Shown here: positions 54,540 to 64,000 of the stretch, piece by piece
How the letters are laid out: each line of letters opens with the position of its first letter
Position numbering within the stretch: position 1 is the first letter of the stretch
From: the human T2T-CHM13v2.0 reference genome, Homo sapiens
Assembly: GCF_009914755.1 (NCBI RefSeq)
Contig: NC_060926.1
Length of the DNA stretch: 64,000 nucleotides
Strand: one strand, 5' to 3'
The notes under the pieces: generated by a model
Told to the model about the DNA's origin: nothing
The model's input: only the letters and a program-made list of their open reading frames with translations
Database searches by the model: none
Made by a program: the position numbers and the translations under genes

Positions 54540-55871
54540 CATCTTTCATAATAAGAATCTTATTCCAAACAATGCCAATGTTTTTACTTGTGTGATCAAT
54601 AAGTATATAATTTGTTGAAACTATTGCACCAGTACCACGATGTACAAGAAACTTACTAAATATAGTTCAAGATTTCTTTGTATAGCTTAAAGTGAGAACT
54701 CTATATTAATTTAGAAAAGAGTCAGAATATGTTCAAATTATGTGGTTTGATTATTTTTTGCAAGTGGCAATTCTAATAATTCCATAAGTTATAATTATAT
54801 TTTATATTTGTATTATGGTATTAAGCAATCTTTCTTGATTTAATATTATCCTCTGAACATGTAAAATATGATCATGGTTTAACAGTAATAATTTTCTAAA
54901 ATGTATTCTTAGAGATACTTCTTACCTCTTTCATTCCATTCCCCATTGTAAATAACCATAACATTCATTTCTGGTTTGTCTTTCTTGTGTTTTCTTTTGT
55001 GGAAATATGTAGAATTTTTCCCATCTTTATTACACAAAACTTTGTAATCTACATAGGATATTTTATTTACACCTTATTTTTTTACTTAACATACTCTGAA
55101 ATTTATTGCATTTCTACTACACAAATCTATTTTTTTACATTTGCATAGTACTCATTATAGGAGTGCACCATACTTTATTGAACCAATTTCTTCTATATAG
55201 CTATGCATGTTGTTTTCAATATTTTGTCTATTTTTTATATGTGTGGGACTATATTTATGATAAATTACCAGAAATCAGTAATGTTGGGCCAAAGTGTCCT
55301 TCACAGGTGCAATAGTTGTTAGATTTTGCCAGTTCTTTCTAACTATACTGCACCAACTTACACACTCACAAGCAATGCAGGACAATGCTTGTTTCTACAC
55401 AGATTTGCCAAAGGAGTGTGTGGTCAAGGTTTTAATAGGTGAAAAAGGGTATCTCACTGTAGTTTTAGTGTGCATGTTTTGTTACGAATAAAGTCGAAGA
55501 AGCTTCCATTTGTTTAAGATTCATTATGTTATTTTTTTTTTTTTTTGAAGAATTGTCTCTTTACCCATTTTTTTTTCTGTTGGGTATTTGGGCTTTTCTC
55601 TGGATGGCTAAAGAATCATTACACGTTAAGACATTATTCTCCTATCTGTAATATACACATTACAAATATTTCCAGCTTTTCCTTTTATATATATTTTTTG
55701 CTTAACTTTCTATTGTAATGCATTCAAAGTCTACTTAATTTATCAATCTTTTCTTGTGATTGAATTTTGGGTTATAGTTAAAAACACCTATACCCAAGTA
55801 ATGAAGGAATTAATTTATCTTGTTTTTAACTATTCATAGTGTTTCAGAGTTTTTGTTTCTGCATTTATATC

Positions 55872-55910
<39 letters not shown>

Positions 55911-57830
55911 TTGAGACAGAGTCTCTCTCTGTTGCCCAGGCTGGAGTGCAATAGCGTGATCTCAGCTCACTGCAGCTTCCAACTCCTGGGTTCAAGCATT
56001 TGTCCTGCCTCAGCCTCCTGAGTAGCTAGGACTACGGGCACGCGCTACTGCATCCAGCTAATTTTTGTATTTTTAGTAGAGATGGGGTTTCACCTTGTTG
56101 GCCAGGCTGGTCTTGAACTCATGACCTCAGATGATCTGCCTGCCTTGGTCTCCCAAAGTGCTAGGTTTATAGGTGTGAGCCACCACCCCTGGCTTATATC
56201 TCATGTATTTAGGCTTTATTATGGTGTATGATGTGAGGTATGGATTCAATATTACCTTTTTCTGAAAGGTTATCCAAACTTTTCAGTAAATATTACTATT
56301 TACTAAATGTCATTCTTCACTCCAGTGCTTTGAAGACTTTGCTTTCTAATTCTAAATTTTCTATTTTGTTTCACCAATTTTTTTCTCTCTTACCATGTGC
56401 CAGTACCATCCAGTGTAATTTTAGAAATTCTGTAACAAGCTTATTTATTTACTGGTTGGCAGATCCATTCTATTTTCAGGGTTTTTCAAGCTATACTTAA
56501 ATGTTTTTTTCTTCCAAATGAGCAGTAGAACCAACTTGTCTCCAGAAATAAACAAAAAGCCTCATTAAAAAGTCCTTTTTTTCAAATTATGAGAAAAATG
56601 GTGTATTTATGTTTACTCATTATATCAGAGGCTAAAATAATATTTTTCCATTTGTTCAAGACTCACTTTGTGTCTTTCCATAAGTAAAGTTTTATAATTT
56701 TCCCCAAGCTTCTCACTTAATTTATCCTTGGGTATTATATATTTTTATGTAGCTATTTTAAATATGACTTAATATTTTATTGTTTTTTAACCAATTCTTT
56801 ATGTGAATGTTATTAATTGTATAGGTGAATTTTATCTTCTGTTAAATTATTTATTTCACCATTGATATCATTTGCAAATGGAAATCATTTTATTTCTCCT
56901 TTCCACATTTGATTGTCTAATTGTTTTCTCTGGTCTAATTGTATTGTCTAATACTTTGAATCAAATATTAAATAATAATGGATATAGATGAATCTTTTGC
57001 ATTTTATTTGCTTTCCACAATAGCTAAAATAAATACCACATTTATTTTAATGACTATTTAATATTCCATAATATGAAACAATAATTTTTTAAATCAGACC
57101 TATACTGATGGAAATTTAAGGAATTTTCATCTTTAGCTATAACAGAAACTGCTGAAAGGACATTTGTTTATAAGCCATTGCAAATTGTATAAATATGTGT
57201 GTAGAAAATATAGTTGAATTGTTGGATCAAGCAGTGTCTTAAATTTTTATAGATGTTTCAAAATTTATCTTAATATACACATACTTTTTAAAGCAATATT
57301 TATGAATTCCTGTTTCTTTTTATTCTTGTCTACATATTGTATTATTCAATACTTTTTAGCCCAAGTAATAGAAAAAATAGTATCTATTTGTAATTTTATT
57401 TTGCTTCCAATATGAAATATGCAAAAATATAAAGCATACATTAAAGAAAGTTAGCATGGGGCTCATATCCTGAAAGAATATTAACATTCTTCTTTTAAAA
57501 AGTAATGATTTATGTAATAATATATTATTTTTATTACATCAATTTTGTTATTTGCAAAACTTTGCCAGTATTCTTAGCCAGTTTGAAGTGCATCTGTTTG
57601 ATGTTTTTGTGGTGATTGTACTATGCACAAAACTTTAAAAAATTATATTGTATATTTTGTTATCTTCATTGATAGGTTTTATGGCATACTTAGAAAGGCT
57701 TTCTAAACACCAAGTTTATTAAAGACAATAACTCAGGTTGTTTCTATCTAAAATTTCATATGTCTTATTTTTTTTTTACACATAGCCATTCTATCTATTT
57801 GGAGTGTATTTTGGTGAAAAGTATGGTTCT
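54540..57830 (-). mobile_element. Old L1ME-like 3'/ORF2 fragments
   Basis: Decayed antisense L1 text (gtatctcactgtagtttta, ggtgtatgatgtgaggtatgga, gatatcatttgcaaat). Confidence 0.6.
55873..56194 (-). mobile_element. AluS (Sx/Sz-like) with (TTTA)n tail
   Basis: (ttta)x10, then gagacagagtctc...ttggccaggctggtcttgaactc...ctcagatgatctgcc. TSD ttatatct at 55865-55872 and 56194-56201. Confidence 0.95.
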
Positions 57831-57949
57831 TTTTTTTTTTTTTTTTAGATTTTCACAAAGTTTCTTGGAAGATTTCATTCGTTTTCTATATTTTCCAATA
57901 CATTAAACAGTGTTACAATTATCTCTGCCAGAAAAAAATAGCTAACTCT

Positions 57950-58165
57950 TTCATGTTACTTACATATGCCACTCACTCTTCTAAAGCCTCTCATCTAATC
58001 ATCCTAGCATCATTATGAGAAAAGTTATGTGATTTTCTTTATTTTACAAATAATGCAAACTAAAGAATAGAGTGGTTATGCAATGTGACCAAATTCATAT
58101 AACTGGTAGGGGTAGTGCTGAGATGCAAACCTAGGCTAAGTCTGAAGTCCATGTGCTTTTTACCA
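57950..58165 (-). mobile_element. MIR SINE
   Basis: tctcatctaatc...attttacaaataatgcaaactaaag...gctgagatgcaaacctaggc. Confidence 0.75.
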
Positions 58166-58359
58166 TGTCAAGATACTCGCTGGAAGAATTTCCCCGTGAA
58201 TTTGGCAGTATTCCCCTCTACCACTGACAATGTGTCATTTACTTTAGAAACCTGTGTTCTGTCAACTTCACCTGTGATCTTTTGCTGTGGGTTCCTCCCA
58301 CCGAGTCTTTCTCTCCCCTGTTTAACATTAAATTTAGAAGCTCTTCACATATTTTATTA

Positions 58360-58537
58360 CATGTGGTTTCATGGGCATTGTCCTTGAGCAGGAGGAATAC
58401 AGTGCCCTAAGCTTGGAAGGGTCTCATGCTTGGTCTAATGCTTTGCCATCACTTTCCTTGAAGTCTTAATTTTTTTTTAATAAGAAGTCTCACATTTTCA
58501 TTTTGCACTGGGTACAACAAATTAGGTAACTTGTCCT
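58360..58537. mobile_element. MER91A-type hAT-Tip100 element
   Basis: ttcatgggc...gcttggtctaatgct...cttgaagtcttaat...cattttcatttttgcactggg...caaattaggta...gtcct. Confidence 0.75.
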
Positions 58538-58583
58538 ATATTTTTGTTTCATGGATACTTTTGTTTGTATTAATCAATGCTAG

Positions 58584-58986
<403 letters not shown>

Positions 58987-59829
58987 CCACATTGCCTTTT
59001 TAAGTCAAATTCAGCAGGTTTAAATAGTTTCCCTAAGGTCACAAATTCATAAGTGAGTATTGAAGCCAGAAGTGCTTTATTTCACCACCACTCTTTGCTG
59101 AGAGCAACAACCTCACAGAATTAAAACAATGGCATTTTGGAGATATAGCATCATTAACATAGTGTATAAAATTGAGTCATGTCTTTGGGCCACATGACAA
59201 ACTGAGTGCACACAGCTGTCATTCCGTCTCCACCACACTGAAATGCTGCATAAATTATAATTAAAAATATCACATTGCTGAGCTTGAAAGATAGGCAGGA
59301 AACTAACGTCTAAAGAAGTAAGTGCCACATGTTCTTGCCCAGGCCGGCCATCTTCTCAGACTGCATATTGATGCAAGAGAAAGAGACGAGTCCAAATGCC
59401 AGGTCAAGAGACTCTATAGGACATTTCCTGACATGGGGAAGCTACACCTCAGGTATCTTCTTAGAATCTGGAGCTTCAAAAGTCTATTCAGTTCTCAAAA
59501 AATAGGATAGAAAAATTTCAACTCAGTGCTATGGAAATAATGAGACATACTGACATTTTTCTAGAGCTTAGTGTAGCAAAATAAAATATTACTAATAAAA
59601 AACTGAAAGCTCAAGCATTTCTTTATTAAGATTTGTAACTCAAATTTAAAATGAATTTATTATGCATGATTCCCAAGCCTCAAAATTAAATGAAATCTGA
59701 TCCTGGGTCATTAAAACTTCTGGAGGTTTGAATAGGAATAAACTTCAAACTGCTTTTTAATGAACTGTTTATACTTCAGGCCTTGCAAGATGCAAAGAAT
59801 GATCAAACTTCAGTGAAGATAAGCTTACA

Positions 59830-61350
59830 ATAGAAATAAAATTATAAATAGAAATAAAATTATATTTGGAAGATCAGTGGGCATAATAATATAATTAATG
59901 CACCAAGAATGACAAATAATGAAATTAACAGGAGAAGCCCACACAATTATTGATTAAAATGATTAAATAGGTAAAAAAATAGTAGCATCTTTTAGGAAAA
60001 AATTGGATGATATGAGAAAGAAAGTTTAATTGAAAATGAATCAACTAGAAAAATTACGAAAAGCTAGCCCTTATATCCAAGTCACTTTAAATAAGATACA
60101 GTTGATTATACTCAGCTGAAGAAAGAATTTAAGAATTGACTGATTGATTCAAGAAAATTGTTGCAATACATAAAGAGATGGAAATTGTAAGAAAAATGCT
60201 AACGTAAAAGATGGAATCAGCAAGGCTAACACAATTAGAGTTCTAGAAGAGTGAATAAGGAGAACAAAATAAAATATTTAAGAAGTTAAGATGTAGTGAT
60301 ATTTCCAAATTTAAGAAAGATATTAATATTCAAATTATCCCAGGCAGAATAAATTGCACACCTACACATATCTCACTGACACTGAAGAACACCATAGACA
60401 AAGGTAAAATATTAACAGGAAACTGCCCATTCTATTTTCTGGTCTGAATGCGAAGAGCTTAGAAGACATCACTCTCATCTCTAAAACAAGAAAATAGGCT
60501 GAAAAAAATGGAAAATCAATAACCTTTCCTATATCCATTAGAGAAGTAAGATTATAGAGCAAACCACTACTCCAAAATCTGCAGAGACAGACAGGTAAAA
60601 TGGAATCACGGTCTACCTGAAGCATGCTGAGGACACAAAGATTAGGTGACCACCTGCTAAAGATGAGCATGTGAGAGAGATTAAAACTCCTGGGGAACAA
60701 CCTTAGTGGATCCCCCTCCCCAACTATGGTGTGTTTTACCTCCAGCAGCCCTACCAGGTTATCGGAGTGCAAATCAGAAAAAAAATCTTTTCCTGCTTCC
60801 AGCAGCAGGAAGGGAAAAGCAATTTTGAAATACACCCAGAGAGCTCCTTGCTTCTTAACGAAGGCCTGCCTTCAAGGGAAGCTATTTTATCAGAGCCCAA
60901 CACAGGCCTCACTTGCCTGAGGGAAGAGAAATACTCAACTCCAGCTCTCTTTAGCCTTCTTGTCTCCCATAAAGAGGAGGAGAGGGGAATCTAGGAGGCA
61001 CTTGCAGAAATCACAGCCCTTGGACACAGGCTTACCAAAAGATTCAGAGCTAATTATAGGTCTAGAGAATGCTCCACCACCCTGCATTTTACTGTCACAT
61101 TAGCAGGGATCCTGTATCACATCAAGGGGATGACAGCTAAAAGAACTTTAAGCTTCAGACCCCATTTAAAAATGAGTCTCAAAAGATGCCCAAAGACAAC
61201 TGGGGAGATGATAACAGGACACTAAAGGTAATTTTAGCCTCTGACAGAGCTGCTACAGTAAACAGTAAGTGCTGCCAGACTCCCAACTAGATATGCATAA
61301 GACCTCACTCTAAGAATGGACTTTTCTCTATTTCCTTTAATCCAATATAC
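59830..61350 (+). mobile_element. Old L1M fragments: A-rich ORF1-like (59830-60420) and 5'UTR (60440-61350)
   Basis: gatacagttgattatactcagctgaagaaagaatt, and acaagaaaataggctgaaaaaaatggaaaatcaataacctttcc (same 5' type as 35680). Confidence 0.6.
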
Positions 61351-62434
61351 ACTTTCCTGCCCTCAAATGCATGTGTTCCTTTATGAATAGTGTCGTATCA
61401 TGCCCACAATTTCCATCCCTACTGGCTAATGTGACAAACCAGCAATGGTTCCTAATTATCTGGGCATACTAATGATAGAGAACAAGGTATTCAGCTTGGG
61501 TCAAATGGGCAGTGTGATGACTTCTTTTTTTTTGGCACAACAAAAGCCTTGTCAAAAATAAACAGAAGGAAGCCATAAAGAAACTTATTCATAGATGTGC
61601 TTGCATATGGTTGAACAGCACAAATTTAGAATACTTTAATTATTATATAGCACTTAAATTAACGGCTCTGCAGCCACGAGAACATCTTAGAGGCAAAACA
61701 TGAATGGCAGGCTGTGAAAGAGGTTTGCAGTCCCCTCCAGCACATCCCTAATGAAGATGCTATCACTATTACCCTTACAAATCTCCATTTCTATGAAGTC
61801 ACTTCAATATTAGTTCTGTTCTGAAAATTATCACATGTTCATGGGCCCGAAATTTGTTTTTAAAGTAATTCATTTTAAATTAATTTTACCACTGCAAGTA
61901 CATCTTACCAAGATTAATTCTCAAACTCTAAATGAGACATTATAAATTATTTTATTTAAAAGATATGGGAAGAAAGAGAAAATCAGGAACAAACGTGGAA
62001 AAAAGCAAAAAGAGAAAAAGTGCAGTGAGCGGTACAGAAAGTATTTGTTTAGGGGCAAGACAAGTTCTGGCTCCACTATTAACTCTGCACGGGTTCCCAC
62101 ACAACTTTTTAATTTATTTTTGTACTCAGTCTTCTTATGTGTTATAAAAGAAGAATAATAGCTTATTTAGCCATTTCATAACATTGGGCTAAGAGATCAA
62201 TTAGTAATCAAAGAAGAGTACTTTGAAAGTACAAAGTATAATATAAATGTCAACATCATAATTATTTTGCTAATTAATGCATCTTGGAAATGTTTAAATT
62301 TTCCAATTGTTTACTAGCACTAACAGCCATCATTTCTTTGCTGTCTGATTTTCCTGAATGGTCCTCAATATCTTGCATAAGGGCTCACAAAAACACAGAG
62401 AAACACACACACTTGATTAACACCTTACGTCCTT

Positions 62435-62850
62435 GATTAACTAGTTAGTTTGCCTGGGCAATGAAATGCCAAGATATCTGATTAACCATTACTTCTGAAT
62501 GTGTCTGTGAGGGACTTTCCAAAAGAAATTCACATTTGAGTTGGTGGGCTGAGTAAAGCACACTGACCTCCTCAATACGGGTAGACAACATTAAACCTGT
62601 TGAAGATCTGGGTAGAATAAATTGCTGACAAAGTTTGAATTCTCTCTTTGCCTGTCTGAGTTGGACATAAGTCTTTTCCTGCCCTCGAAGTAGGACTTAT
62701 ACCGTTGGCACTTCTAATTCTCAGGACTTCAGATTGAGAATAGAATTTACACCATGACTTTTCTGAATATCCAGCTTGCAGATGACACATCACAGGACTT
62801 CTAATCCTCCATAATCATGCAAACTAATTCCTTATAATAAATCTCATCTT
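62435..62850 (+). mobile_element. MLT2 (B/D-like) LTR, 3' end interrupted by THE1D
   Basis: gtgtctgtgaggg...gggctgagtaaagca...ccagcttgcagatg...ctccataatcatg...cttataataaatctc. Confidence 0.85.
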
Positions 62851-62951
62851 AGATATAAGATATATATATCTTATCTTACATCATCTTAGATATCTTATAT
62901 GTCATCTTAGATATAAGATAAGATATCAGGTGTGTATAAACCACATACACC

Positions 62952-63319
62952 TGATATGGTTTGACTGTATCCCCACCCAAATCTCATCTTGAATTGTAGC
63001 TCCCATAATCCCCATGTGTCATGGGAGGGGCCCAGTGGGAGATAACTGAATAATGGGGGGTGGGTTTTTCCCAAGCTGCTCTTGTGATAGTGAATAAGTC
63101 TCTTGAGAACTGATGGTTTCATAAAAAAGCAGTTCTCCTGCACATGCTTTCTTGCCTGCTGCCATGTAAGACGTGCCTTTGCTCCTCTTTCACCTTCTGC
63201 CTTGATAATGAGGCCTTCCCCAGCCATGTGGAACTGTGAGTCCATTAAGCCTCTTTTTCTTTATAAATTACCCAGTCTCGGGTATGTCTTTATTAGCAGT
63301 ATGAGAACAGACTAACACA
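62952..63319 (+). mobile_element. THE1D-type 5' LTR
   Basis: tgatatggtttgactgtatccccacccaaatctcatcttgaattgtagctccc...gccatgtaagacgtgcctttgctcc...gagaacagactaacaca. Confidence 0.93.
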
Positions 63320-64000
63320 GTAAATTGGTACAGGTAGAGTGGATGCTGCTATATGGATACCTGAAATGTGTTAGCAACTTTGGAACTTGGTAACAGGTAG
63401 AGGATGGAAGAGTTTGGAGGGCTCAGAAGAAGAAAGGAAGATGTGAGAAAGTTTGGAGCTGCCTAAAGACCTGTTGAATGGTTTTGAACCAAAAAGTCTG
63501 GGCTGAGGTGGTCTCAGATGGAGATGAGGAACTTACTGGGAACTGGAGCAAAGGTAATTCTTGCTATGCTTTAGCAAAGAGACTGGAAATTTTGCTCCTG
63601 CCCTAGAGATCAGTGGAACTTTGAACTCTAGAGACATGATTTAGGGTATCTGATGGAAGAAATTCCTAAGCAGCAAAGCATTCAAGAAGAGAGTTGGGTG
63701 CTCTTAAAAGCATTCAGTTTTATTCGTTCACAAAGATACAGTTTGGAATTGGAACTTATGTTTAAAAGGAATGCAGAGCATAAAAGCTCAGAAAATTTGA
63801 AGCCTGGTGATGTGATAGAAAAGAAAAAGCCATTTTCTGAGGAGAAGTTCAAGCCAGCTGCAGAGAATTATGCAACTAATGAGGAGCCAAATGTTAATTG
63901 CCAAGACAATAGGGAAAACGTCTCCAGGGCATGTCAGAGGTCTTCGCAGTAGCCCCTCCCATAAGAAGCCAGGAGGAATAGGAGGGAAAAATGTCATGGG
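63320..64000 (+). mobile_element. THE1 internal region (continues beyond window)
   Basis: gtaaattggtac follows the LTR directly. gagggctcagaagaaga, gtctcagatggagatgaggaac and ORF EEIPKQQSIQE are typical MaLR-int. Confidence 0.92.

Noticed and set aside
60362-60835. Longest ORF in the track (157 aa)
   Set aside because: Antisense to an old L1 5'UTR, with no recognisable domain or supporting gene structure.

Overview
AT-rich, CpG-poor primate genomic DNA, almost certainly human because it carries an AluYb8-type insertion. It reads as intergenic or deep-intronic sequence. I recognise no protein-coding gene, rRNA, tRNA or CRISPR array, and the ORF track consists of L1/Alu/MaLR remnants or chance frames. 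More than half of the window is transposon-derived: seven Alus (J, S, Y and Yb8 types), L1s of many ages, solo LTRs (MSTB, MER4, MLT1, MLT2, THE1, MER11D), an ERVL internal remnant, a THE1D LTR with internal sequence running off the right end, DNA-transposon fossils (Tigger2a, MER1B, MER5A, MER91A), MIR and L2. The most informative structure is a ~10 kb nested complex at 44.0-54.4 kb. A near-full-length old L1PA hosts a THE1 LTR (itself split by MER11D), an antisense younger L1 and an AluY, each with a readable target-site duplication. The complex also holds two locally templated repair scars and a kb-scale inverted repeat. Other points of interest are a segment-scrambled L1 with a splice-like junction, a doubly truncated Alu, a palindrome-bearing 63-bp tandem duplication and one candidate minus-strand exon. 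I see no evidence for a new biological system. Repeat subfamily names come from remembered consensus sequences and need RepeatMasker/Dfam confirmation. Boundaries of old repeats are approximate.
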